A DNA stretch of 64,000 nucleotides, taken from NCBI RefSeq assembly GCF_006345805.1, contig NC_043022.1, positions 4,092,001 through 4,156,000 of the forward strand. The letters run 5' to 3'. Positions 1-11,704 of this stretch are shown here, piece after piece. The translations under genes and the position numbers were made by a program. The notes under the pieces were generated by a model. It was not told the DNA's origin and did no database searches. It saw nothing but the letters and a program-made list of their open reading frames with translations. The DNA is from Octopus sinensis (lineage: Eukaryota). Every line of letters begins with the position of its first letter. The stretch's first letter is position 1.

Positions 1-142
1 CATCGTTATCATTAAGCTAGAGTTAGGGACATAAATTGTGATTAAGGTTTGGTGGAAGGTTTTAATTCGGAACTTTTGAAAACCAGACATTTGTACTAAA
101 GAGCCAGAGCTGGTTTCAGCCGGGTTGGTAACGAAAGGGTTA
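1..142. mobile_element. piggyBac-like MITE family E (partial)
   Basis: Ends GGTAACGAAAGGGTTAA. Body matches the copies at 11276, 21455 and 61196. Confidence 0.75.
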
Positions 143-555
143 AATAAGCATTACATTTGGCAGAGGAGTCTGAATGCTAAACGGTTAAGCTGCTTCTGGC
201 CATGCTGGATCATCACTAGTGTTTAGCAGTTAAAAGAAGCAGTGCGACTTTTGAAACATTGCTAATACGTGAATGTTTAATTCAATTCAGTAGGAAAATT
301 TATTGAGGTAAGACAGAACTAAGAATGCTCAGAATCCATCCATCAATTGGTGGGGTTTCGCTAGATTAATAAACGAAGGTCTGAAACAAATGCTGCTTGG
401 AACCGAAATAAGTTTGTATCGGGTTTATTGAGACGACTAACATGTGGGTAGAAAAGCTGATGAATGTAGCCATCATGGTTGAGTATTTCTAGTTAGGTTA
501 TAAAAGGAAATGAACTATTAAATACATGAATATAGTGAAGAAGAAGAAGAAGAGG

Positions 556-565
556 CATGCATGCA
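556..565 (-). promoter_or_regulatory. Two overlapping UGCAUG (RBFOX) motifs about 11 nt downstream of the donor at 577
   Basis: The sense intron reads gtaagtgtccaTGCATGCATGcc. Confidence 0.45.
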
Positions 566-576
566 TGGACACTTAC

Positions 577-733
577 AGGCTGAACTTTCTCTTCCTTGAT
601 AGTAGCAGATGCTTGTAGGACCTTCTTTTCTCTTTCTTCACGTTTCTTGGCTAAATCCGAGTGCGGTTGAGGTTTAAAAACTAAATCACAGCGCGAACAA
701 GAATTGATTCCTCTATTCAACAGTTTAATAAAT
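577..733 (-). CDS. RERE: Atrophin/RERE exon, atrophin domain (IFIKLLNRGINSCSRCDLVFKPQPHSDLAKKREEREKK...IKEEKVQP)
   Basis: Lies inside ORF 493..870. Acceptor ttctgtttcccag|A and donor CCT|gtaagt. 157 nt, phase 2 to 0. Matches RERE [20 protein letters not shown]...LAKKREE. Confidence 0.95.
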
Positions 734-998
734 CTGGGAAACAGAAAACAAAACAAATGCATGAAAGACTGGGCAGTTGTATAAAATGTTAAACAAGGTT
801 CGAAATGTACAAAAAACAAAGGAAAAAAAAAACCCCAGAAGATAGAGACAGGTGAGGCAACAACAAACAAAGGGTATTAGTTTGACACTCAGGAAAAAAT
901 GTAAGAGTCTTTGACATTTCAAGCAGATGCTCTTCTTCAGAAAGGAATGAGGAGAGGGGAAAAAAAAAACGTTTGGATCAAGTTATAATCACCCACAA

Positions 999-1437
999 GG
1001 TGGCGAGCTGGCAAAATCATTAGCACACTGGATGGAATACTTAGTGGTATTTTGCCTGTCGCTACGTTCTGAATTCAAATTCCACCAAGGTTGAATTTTG
1101 CCTTTCATCCTTTCAGGGTCGATAAATTAAGTACCAGTTACATACTGGGTTTAATCTAATCAACTGGCTCCCCTCCCACCAAATTTCAGACCTTGTGCCT
1201 ATAGTAGAAAGGATTATTATTAAGGTGGCAAGCTGGCAGAATCATTAGCACACTGGATGGAATACTTAGCGGTATTTTGCCTGTCGCTACGTTCTGAATT
1301 CAAATTCCACCAAGGTTGAATTTTGCCTTTCATCCTTTCAGGGTCGATAAGTTAAATACTAGTGAAACAGAAGGGTCGATGTAATTGACTTAATCCCCGA
1401 CCACAGGCTGCGCTTGTGGCAAGGATTTGAAACTGTT
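999..1437 (+). mobile_element. SINE family A, tandem dimer
   Basis: Two heads GGTGGCRAGCTGGCAGAATC, each followed by the core GCCTTTCATCCTTTCAGGGTCGATAA, which resembles the Meta/Sauria-SINE core as I recall it. Confidence 0.8.
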
Positions 1438-2162
1438 TTTATAATCCTCCTTATTACAAATATCCACTTTTCCATGCCTGCACGAGGACATTAGTCGAGG
1501 CAGATTTTCTACGACTGGTTGCTATTCTTGTCACCCACCTATTTCCAAGTAGATCTAGCTTTCACAGAAGACCAGAAACTTGTGAGAACAGTGGTACTTG
1601 TTTACAACATGATGCACTATCAAAACAAGGAAACACACACACACACAAACACAATGGGCTTCTTTCAGTTTCCCGATCCCCTTACAAGGCTTTTGTTGAC
1701 CTGGGGCTACAATAGATGACACTTGCCCAAGGTGCCATGCAGAAAGACTGAACCCAGAAACATGCGGTTGAGAAAAAAACTTACAATCTATACAATGTTA
1801 TAATGCAGAACCTTTTAGCATTTAAACTGACCATATCCGGCCAAAATATTCTGTTTTTTGTATGTTAAAACTGGACTGATCCAACATCTCACACCTACCC
1901 TACAATGTCACTCCCTTTCACTGGGAGTGTGTGTGTGTGACTAAATACTAATGCAACTTGATGTGACAGACCCAAAATGCAAAACTGGGAACCCACACAT
2001 TCCAAGATCTTACCAAGAATACAACTAGACAAAACGGAATTATTTAACCAAAAGGAAGTTGGACACCAAAATGATTAAGGGTGTGGTGCTGAGGAGGGCA
2101 GGGGCCTTGTTAGAAGTAAAGGATCGGGGGAGCTCATGAGTGGAAGGACAACAAACATAGGC

Positions 2163-2231
2163 CTGCTTTGCATGGGCACTGCTTTGCATGGGCACTGCTT
2201 TGCATGGGCACTGCTTTGCATGGGCACTGCT
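2163..2231. repeat. 16-bp minisatellite CTGCTTTGCATGGGCA x4.3
   Basis: Four perfect copies read directly. Confidence 0.95.
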
Positions 2232-2920
2232 GATCAAGATGGACACAGCAGCTGCATCAGTTGAGGAAATTTGCTGTTAGGTTCTGGACAGAGGTTAGGT
2301 GGGTAAGGCTCTTACGGATGCATCCTGGCTGGAAAGAACCAACATTACAAAAGGACCCACATGGTAGGTGACTTAAGCCTTTTTCCCCTCCACCACATAC
2401 CACAAAGATTATGAATAGCAACAATATCTACACCACATGTTACTAATCATTACCATCATCAACATCATTTAATGCCCACTCTCTAAGCTTGCATTGGCAA
2501 AAGGGAAGTCTATTGGGAATCCACTCACAAGACTTTGGTTGGCCTGGGGTTATAGTAAAAGACTCATGCTCAAGCTGCAATGAAGTGGGACTGAAGCTGA
2601 GATCAAAAAACAAAAAGAAACATGCATTCCTCACGATGGCTGGGGTTAATTTATATCTCAACCCCTTGGCCTCAGATCTGGTCTTGCAGTGCCAAGTATA
2701 TACAGCCCTGGGCAAAACCAATGCTCCGTGAAAGAACTTGGAAGAGGGGACACAAAGAAGCCTATTGTATATGCGAGGCAGGGGGTTTTAAAAGTTGTAA
2801 TTGCCAAGACTGGCTTTGGGTTTTTGTAGAGATAACTGATCAAATATCTCTGCCAACACAGCCGAGACACAATGTTGACTTATAAGTCTTTAATATAGTT
2901 AGTAGAATATCCTAAAAGAA

Positions 2921-3256
2921 TAAAGATTCCCTTCAGTCATGAATGACTATGGGATTACACCTAGAAAGTTCCCCTCTGAGGTACAAGTCCAGGCAAGGTT
3001 GTTTATGGAAGACCAGCAGTCACCCATGTATACCAGCCTCCCTTCTCCATACCACTGATGCTATCCAAGGGAAAGGCAAAGGGGCCGATACAGCTTGGTA
3101 CCAGAGACATCGCAACTCATTTCTACAGCTGAGTGAACTGGAGGAACGTGAAATAAAGTGTCTTGCTCAAGAAAACAACACACAGCCTGGCCCGGGAATT
3201 GAACTCACTACCTCATGATTGTGAGCCTGACACTCTAACCACTGAGCCATGTGGCT
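2921..3256 (-). mobile_element. SINE family H
   Basis: Minus-strand tRNA-type head (...CATGGCTCAGTGGTTAGAG...GAGTTCAATTCCC); the body is shared with 16429 and 31470. Confidence 0.85.
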
Positions 3257-3849
3257 TATATTATGGTTGCATAACAAAATGTCGTTGTCCTGACCACAAT
3301 TAATGTGTAAGCTAGGCTTGCAAACAGTGGAAACCAGTGATATTCATTGATATTTCCTGTCGCTAGCTCTGAGCTTTCCACATTCCTCTAGAATGAAGAA
3401 AAAAAAACAAAAACCCTCATTTGGAAGACAGTTAAGGGTTGGGAACAGGAAAAACATCCAGTTGTAAAAATCCTGCCTCAAATATCTCCCCTTCTAACCC
3501 ATGCCAGCAGGGAAAAAAACAGATGAACATTAAAGGGAAAAAATAGAAGCTACTTAAGAAAAGTTGGTTTGTCAAGGGTGGGTGATGGCTATGGTTGACT
3601 GATTTAACTTAAACGGGTGATTAGTATTTAATTTAAAGCTGAGGAGGAGGAGGAGGAGGAAGAGGAAAAGGGGAAGAAGGCTCAGTCCTTTCCTTTCAAA
3701 TCAATGTCTGGCACTTTTACTGTCACAACAGCAACAATTGAGATACAAAAGAAATATTTACTGCTTGGACAAAGGGATCAGCCCCTTTCCCATTTCTTAC
3801 CATTATCCCCCACTCCCTCCATACAATCTTGTTATTTTATTACCTGGAG

Positions 3850-4357
3850 CAGTGGTTCTCAACCAACCATTATTTTTTCTTTATACATATGGAACCCCTT
3901 CGATTGCTATTTTATTCATATCGGCCCCTCATTGCCCTTCAATGTTTTTAGGAAAAGTATCAAGAAAAACTGTTAAAATATTATGATCACATGACGGACC
4001 TGACTATCGGATGCTGTTACACATCGCTGGTCACAAAGCGCTTTTGCATTGTTTTAGATTTCGAATGATACCACCCTGCTTGGCCAGGCAAGCAGGTCAA
4101 ACAATCCCCCCTGATTGAAGAGGGACTGGAACAATATGAAATTAAGTGTTTTGCTCAAGAACACAATGTGTCACCCAATCTGGGAATCGAACCTGTGATC
4201 CAGCGATCGTGAGTGCAACAGCCTAACCACTTGGCCAACCGAGTTGACCAATCATTTAAACTTTCAGAAGTGGAAGCCATTTATTGGAGATGAATTTTAA
4301 CAACAAAAGCTGACGTGGAGCCTTGAAAGCCACGTGGACCCTAGTTGAGGACCACAG
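3850..4357. mobile_element. hAT-like MITE with an internal SINE fragment
   Basis: TIRs CAGTGGTTCTCAAC / GTTGAGGACCACAG. No matching TSD seen. Confidence 0.55.
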
Positions 4358-4939
4358 ATTTACACTCTAACCAATCATCCCCTCGCGTAAAGCTACCTCC
4401 CTGTTTACCGTATTCCCACTCGATGATAAAACATCTGCTAGCTCTGAGCTTTCCACATTCCTCTAGAATGAAGAAAAAAAGTTTTTTAATTTTAAAAAAA
4501 TCCCTCATTTCAAAGAAATTATGGTTGGTGACCGGAAAAGAATCCAGCTGTAAAAATCTTGCCTCAAATGCCCCCCCCCACCCATGCGACCATAAAAGGA
4601 AAACAATGGAAGCCATTTAAGAAAGTCGGTTTGTCAAGTACTTCATCTTTACCGGATGGGGACACAAATGATGGGGATCTTAGTCTTGGTCTTTTGAACT
4701 GCATAGCAACCTCACTAGTACTGCAACTGGTACCATGAAAAGTACCCTGCAGTATGCACTGAGAAGTGGTTGGCCTTGTGAGAGGTGTCTAGTCCGAGAA
4801 ACCATGCCAAAGCAGACACTGGTGGAGCATGCTGCGGTCCTCCACCTCACTAAATCCTGTCAAATCATCCAACCCTTGCCAGCATGAAAGACGTTAAGAG
4901 ATGATGAGGATGATAGCATTTTGTTTTGTTACCATAGCA

Positions 4940-5110
4940 CCCACTACACTCACGGAGTGGTTGGCGTTAGGAAGGGCATCCAGCTGTAGAAACATTGCTA
5001 GATAAGACTGGAGTCTGGTGCAGCCTTCTGGCTTCCCAGATCCCTGGTCGAACCGCCCAATCCATGCTAGCATGGAGAACGGACGTTAAACGATGATGAT
5101 GATGATGATT
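4940..5110 (+). mobile_element. SINE family D 3' part ((GAT)n tail, GGAAGGGCATCCAGCTGTA motif)
   Basis: Ends GGACGTTAAACGATGATGATG. Other copies: 5824-6058 (-), about 18994-19320 (-), 25290-25480 (-), 30800-31045 (-), 34785-34975 (+) and 60850-61070 (+). Confidence 0.8.
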
Positions 5111-5251
5111 CCTGCTGAAATACACTACCTTTGTTTCAATTGTTTTTAGAACAATTAACAACTTGGTAAAATAATTGTCACAATTATTAATCTGGTGTTT
5201 AGAAAATGAATGAATAGGAAATTTTGATGCAAATTTTTGATTTGAAACTAT

Positions 5252-5528
5252 TATTAACCTGATTGATACCAACCTGGCTGAAACCACCTTTGGCTCTCTA
5301 GTATGAATGTCTTGTTTTCAAAAGTTCTGAATTAAAATCTTCCACCAAACCTTAATCATAATTTAGGTTCCTAACACTTGCTTATTGATAACTAAGTAAT
5401 TTTACTAAATTATTTGTTATCATCATCGTTTAACGTCCGCTTTCCATGCTAGCATGGGTTGGACTATTTAAACTTAATTGAAAGAAACACAGAGCATCTC
5501 AAGAGAAATATGGTAACAAAAGGGTTAA
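5252..5528. mobile_element. piggyBac-like MITE family E carrying a ~45-nt SINE-D 3' tip (5419-5463)
   Basis: Family-E body, ending GGTAACAAAAGGGTTAA. Confidence 0.7.
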
Positions 5529-5632
5529 AATAGGAACTTTGCATCATGAAAGCAAGGGCAGTTATAGGAGGGTTGTATGGAAATGGGTAAACAAAAACCT
5601 GACCTCAAAAATCTTCATATAACCAACTGTCT

Positions 5633-6113
5633 TAACCCTTTAGCATTCAAATTATTCTTTCAAATGTAATGCTCTTTCGTTCACATTGTTTTTAATAAAC
5701 CATGCATTATTTTGTAGCTTTGACATTTCAATGATGTGATTGCTTACTTTTAGAGTGACATTGTAGGGCAGGTGTAAGAAGCTGGATCTGGACTGTCTGA
5801 ACAGGTAGACTATTTGGGCTGGATCATCATCATCATCATCGTTTAGCGTCCGCTTTCCATGCTAGCATGGGTTGGACGGTTCAACTGGGGTCTGGGAAGC
5901 CAGAAGGCTGCACCAGGCCCAGTCTGATCTGGCAATGTTTCTACGGCTGGATGCCCTTCCTAATGCCAACCACTCTGTGAGTGTAGTGGGTGCTTTTTAC
6001 GTGCCAGACGAGGCTGGCAAACGGCCACGATCGGATGGTGCTTTTTACGTGCCACCGTAATTTCAATATTTCTATTATATGCAACCTTCCAGTTTAAATG
6101 CTAAAAGGGTTAA
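5633..6113. mobile_element. piggyBac-like MITE family F interrupted by SINE-D (5824-6058)
   Basis: TTAACCCTTTAGCATT ... AATGCTAAAAGGGTTAA. Other family-F copies or fragments are at about 142-188, 1810-1915, 7125-7272, 8340-8545, 18930-18990 and 19320-19620. Confidence 0.75.
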
Positions 6114-6181
6114 GGGATCACATGCACTTAATTCTTGCTATCAGAGGTGTTTGCATAAACAATATCTAATCAAACTCATTC

Positions 6182-6247
6182 AGTTAGGAACCATCAGAGT
6201 CGACCCAATCATTTAAATGATTGGGTCGACTCAGATGGTTCCTAACT
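6182..6247. repeat. 66-bp spacerless palindrome with one mismatched pair
   Basis: AGTTAGGAACCATCaGAGTCGACCCAATCATT|TAAATGATTGGGTCGACTCaGATGGTTCCTAACT, centred at 6214/6215. Confidence 0.97.
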
Positions 6248-6545
6248 TTTTTCCCGGTTAAGAAATTCATTATAAGAAATATTTATAAGATTTATTATGA
6301 GAAATAATGACCAGCTTCCTCTACATGAAGAAAGATAATGCCCCCTCCCCCTCTGCTTGATTGAACTTCACACTCACAACCCTTCGCCATCATACAAGCA
6401 CACAAAATTAATCAACAACCTTAAAATAGTGATTAAACCCTAAGGGTCAGAAGGCAGTAATTAGTTTAAAAACACGTCACATTGGGCACTTTCAGTCCTC
6501 ATCACTTATCCTCCCTTTCTTTTCCATTCTGGTATGAACTGGACA

Positions 6546-6777
6546 AGGCGGAGAGCTGGCAGAAACGTTAGCACGCCGGGCGAAATGCTTAACGGTATTT
6601 CGCTTGTCGTTACGTTGTGAGTTCAAATTCCGCCGAGGTTGACTTTGCCTTTCATCCTTTCGGGGTCGATAAATTAAGTACCAGTTACGCACTGGGGTCG
6701 ATGTAATCGACTTAATACCTATGTCTGTCCTTGTTTGTCCCCTCTATGTTTAGCCCCGTGTGAGTAATAAAGAAATA
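6546..6777 (+). mobile_element. SINE family A, full length
   Basis: 15-bp TSD GGTATGAACTGGACA at 6531-6545 and 6778-6792. Confidence 0.9.
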
Positions 6778-7319
6778 GGTATGAACTGGACAGTTTTGGC
6801 ATAATTTCTATGGCAGGACACCCTCCCTTAACGCCAACCTTCCTGTAAAGTGTTTTCATATTAGGACAGGTACTTGGTGCTTATGTGACACAGGCCTGAG
6901 TACTTTTTACATGGCACTTAGCACCTCTTGGCCGAGAGGAGTAGGAGTTGGGGCCATAGCTGTAGTCTGCTCAATAAAACTGACACAAGACAGACAGACA
7001 GACAGTTTATTTGTTGTGAGGTAGAAAGAGATGAAAGCATTGTAACTTGCCCTTCACCCAACAATGAAAGCGGGATTAAAAAGATGTGGCAGTAGATTTG
7101 GCCTGGACATAGGCAAATATTAGAGTAATGAGAATTTAAAGTGGCCAGTTCCAGCCTCTTACAATCACATCATCGAAATCTCAAAGCTACGAGATAATGC
7201 AGGATTAATTCAAAACAATATGAATAAATAAGGATTAGATTTGACAGAGTAATCTGAATGCTGAAGGGTTAAACTACAAACTCAACAAGCATTAGACAAA
7301 CAGCTGAATAAGAACTTTA

Positions 7320-7718
7320 CTCTTTTACTTGTTTCAGTCATTTGACTGCAGCCATGCTGGAGCACCGCCTTTAATCGAGCAACTCGACTCCGGGACTTAT
7401 TCTTTTTGTAAGCCCAGTACTTATTCTATCGGTCTCTTTTGCCGAACCGCTAAGAGACGGGGACGTAAACACACCAGCATCGGTTGTCAAGCAATGCTAG
7501 GGGGACAAACACAGACACACAAACACATATATATATATATATATATACATACGACGGGCTTCTTTTCAGTTTCCGTCTACCAAATCCACTCACAAGGCTT
7601 TGGTCGGCCTGAGGCTATAGCAGAAGACACTTGCCCAAGGTGCCACGCAGTGGGGCCGAACCCTGAACCATGTGGTTGGTTAGCAAGCTACTTACCACAC
7701 AGCCACTCCTGCGCGATA
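7320..7718 (-). mobile_element. SINE family B (tRNA-type head AGGAGTGGCTGTGTGG, internal TA/CA microsatellite, AAAAGAG tail)
   Basis: 15-bp TSD TGAATAAGAACTTTA at 7305-7319 and 7719-7733. Confidence 0.9.
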
Positions 7719-10700
7719 TGAATAAGAACTTTATCTCTAATAATTATCTTTCCTGGAAAGAGCTTTCAATCATAATTTCACTCTGCGTTGTCTAAACTTG
7801 AATGTTATCAGGTAATGTTATCAGTTAGAGTTAAGAAAACCCTGTACCCACTCCCCAGATCCCATCCGGTTTGAACTTATAAATCTGAATGCAGACAAAA
7901 GCAAAAAAGTAATTGAAAAACTAAAAAGCTTTCTTGCTGTGTCATTTGATTCCTATTGAAGATAATGTACGTGTAACTCCCTCAGTGAGGGTTGTGGAGC
8001 AGCAAGGTGGATGTGAAGTGGGACATATTGATCATTTGACGTGTAATCTTTATTCAGCACAATTGCAGGACATAGTCCGGCTGGAAGAGCCTCTTCAATC
8101 AATGGTCAGTCTAGGGTCAACCGATCCAATTAGTGGATTACTGCTGATAGAACTAGCGACACATCAACTCACTTTAGCCACTTGAAAAACACTATGGAGG
8201 TCTGGAACCTCATAGTGTCATCAATTGTAGTTGGATGACTAGGATGACTAGTAGTCATCCAACTTCAGTTGGTGACTCACTGAAACCATCAAATGAAAAT
8301 ATAGATTAGTTTTATAAATCCTATTTCAGGTGGTGCCATTAATCTTTCAGTATTTACACCGGTTGACCATATCCGGCCCAAATATTTTATCTGCTCTATG
8401 TTCAACAAACTGACTAGATTCGGCCCTTCACACCTGAACAACAATGCCAGTCCAAGAAATAAATAATTACATCACTGAAATCCCAAAACTAACGAGATAA
8501 CGCATAATTAATTCATAGCAATGTCAATAAATGCCTGAAATAATCTGAATTTTCAAGGGATTAAGTTAGAGATGGCCTGGGGCACAATTTTGGCTGAAAC
8601 ATATCTAAGTTTGCCTAAGTTTATCAAACAGAATGACAGCCTTGTGAAAGGAGTTCTACACCATGTCGTACTCTTTCTTCAGCTCCAGCAGACAAATACC
8701 AAATTATCGAAAATAGGACACAGCAGACAATAGACTGAATGTGAATGGAGCTCTAGCTTTTTACGCCAGAATTTACATACAAGAACAGTTAATTATCATA
8801 GCTATTATCATTGTTATTAGCTCTCAGTGATAACTAATCTGAAAATAAACATTTCAGTAACCACTTCAAAGTATCAGAGAGAAACTACAACAGAAAACAG
8901 GTTAGAGGAGGCGAGGGAGAGGGCTGAGTGTCACTCTTTTCAATAGATGGTGTGTGTGTACTTGTGGGTGTGTTAATACTTTTAGACTGATTGGACTCTG
9001 TGTGTGTGTACACAAGCATAAATGTGAAAGAAACTTGAAAAAAGGAAAACTACAGCTCAATCACAACTAAAAGCAACAGGCTGGAGGACATAGAGTGAGG
9101 TGTAGTCTGAACAAAAGCCCTGGTGTAGTGGCGATATGTAATTTGTTTAACTAATTCCCATATAATTAGGTCATGAGAAAGATCAGGAAGAAGGCCAACT
9201 GGTTAATGACAGAGCTTTTAAGAACAAACTCACCTCTTCATGAGAGAGAGAGGAAGAGTTATTTATAGACACCTATGGAATTCTGGTGCAATAAGAACGT
9301 GGCCTGAAAGTATTTGTTGCTGACAGAATTATTCATTAACGAATACAGATTTTGGCAATCCTTTGATACCAGTTGAAGGTGTCGTTCACCTACACAATTT
9401 TCTTCCCTCAAGATGTAGATAAAGAGGCTGGGCTGAGAAAGGGGTGAATGATCTTGTCTCCTCATACTGACACTCCGGAGACCAATACCGAAAGAATGCC
9501 CAGATCTCTTACAACCAGGAACAAGAGTTTTATATTTCTTTATTTATATATTATTTATTAGGGGGAGGAATGAATTCCTATTCAGTTTCAACCTTGGAGG
9601 GATCAATAATTCCACGTTGACCACTGAGATCTTATCTGCTACTGCCATAAACATTTATGGATCCCCATCCATCCCTTGATTCCAAGGCAAAAAGGAAAGG
9701 GATGTTCTTGAAGCAGGACACACAATGAAATGCTACAAGGGCACATGGAGTTTTGAAGTAACCCCCAACCAATACCTTTTCTCAATGGTGCACCTTCAGA
9801 TTTAGAAAATAGCTTTTATAATACGCAGGAGGGTCATTATGTCAATAAACACATGCACTGATCCTATTTCACTTCTTTATTATCTGTCAATATACACCTT
9901 CTGCTCCAACTCAGTCACTCTCATAGCTTTTTTTTTTTGTTCAATATTTATAAAGTAAAAGATTTTGTCGAATATATTGCTTGGAAGTCCTGACCTCTAA
10001 ATATAATAACTAATAATTTATATATTGCATTATGGTAACCATAATATGGTGTCTACCATTGTCACTTTTAACCTTCTTCACAAAGTGCATGGCAACACTA
10101 CCAGACACGATGAAGAACCCTCAGCTCTTGGAAATAATATTTTGATTTAGAAATTTCAGAATTTCAAGACAACATGCAACCAAACACAAGTTCAAACGAG
10201 AGTACAGAACATACAATAGACCCATGGTCATGTCTTAAACTGATTACATCAACACCAGTACTTGACTGGTACTTATTTTATCCACCTCGAAAGGATGCAA
10301 AGAAAATTTGACCTTGGTGGAATTTGAACTCAGAATGCAAAGACGGACAAAATGCCGGAAACATTTTGGCCAGCAATGCTAACAATTCTGCCAGCTCACA
10401 GCCCATGACTTTTTGTAATATATTCCAATTGGTTCGATTAGTCTAATATGTTGTTTAGTAGAATCAATAGCAGTATTTTGTGCCCAATTGCAGTTTAAAA
10501 AACGATATATTTTCCAAGTTCCTAAAACATAAATCACATTGCTCCTGCAATCATTTAGGCCAGACCCCCCACCCACCCATAGTGGAATAGGCCAGATGAC
10601 AACTTATCAAGACAGCATTCTACTAGTCGGTAGCCTTCTTGTTGCTAATCTTTGTTCTCTGAATATGAAACCACTTACATTCTACCAGTCTTTACACCCA

Positions 10701-11275
10701 ACGGCCTACACGGCACGTTGTTTTACCAGATGCAAACACTGATCAGGTGAGGACCTGCTGAAAGATACACACAACAGGCTTCCGTTCAGTTTCCAAATAC
10801 CGAAATATCTCAATCACAAAGCATTGGTCAATTCAAGGCTTTAGTAGAAAACACTGGCTGAAGATGTCACATGGTAGAGATGGAACCTGGAACCACTTGG
10901 TTACAAAGCAATAAACATGTTGAGCCACTAATTATGTCCACAAATCAGTCCACAGCCAGAGATAAGGTCCCTGAATAAGGGCCAGGTTTTACTCCATCTC
11001 TACAGTTTTGTTGATGCTGTTTAGCTCCCAATCTACCCTGGTTGATCTAACGATCCCTTAGTTAAGTATCGACAGGGCTATATTAACTAATGAGTGCCCT
11101 TTCTTTGTTAACACAACTGGGTGTGAACCGTGAGAAATAGGCTGCAATTTGTAATAAGTCCTAATGACTCATTATGGTTTAATTAATAACAGTGATTAGA
11201 CACAAGCAGCAAACCAGCAGAATTATTAGAGTTGATTAGAGAATTATTAGAGCAGATTAATGGGTTAATGTCATT

Positions 11276-11502
11276 AACCCTTTCATTACTGAATTTATTT
11301 TGAGATGCTCCGTGTTTCTTTCAATTATTTTAAATATAACAAAGAATTTAGTAAAACACCTTAGTTATCATTAAGCTAGTGTTAGGAACACAAATTGTGA
11401 CTAAGGTTTGGTGGAAGATTTTAATTCAGGACTTTTGAAGACAAGGCATTTGTACTACAAAGCAAGAGGCGGTTTCAGCCTGGTTGGTATAAAAAGGGTT
11501 AA
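11276..11502. mobile_element. piggyBac-like MITE family E (full length)
   Basis: TTAACCCTTTCATTAC ... GGTATAAAAAGGGTTAA: inverted ends with TTAA at both termini. Confidence 0.8.
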
Positions 11503-11704
11503 GTAACGATGATTTGCCCAGGCCTGGCCTGTGCAGACTGATAAGGGCCCTAGATATAGGCACATAGCAATTGAGACAATGGTTCTAACAAAAAGTGCCC
11601 TAACCAAATATGATGCATGGGTGGGAGGGGAGAATGAATGGAAATCAACAATGAAATCAAAGGAATTTTAAAAGAAACTCAACAAAAAAAAACCCTTAAC
11701 TTAC

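Noticed and set aside
9233-9305. Strong donor GAG|gtgagt in the 11-kb intron as a cassette exon
   Set aside because: The nearby acceptors I tested give an in-frame stop or no atrophin-like sequence; no coding support.
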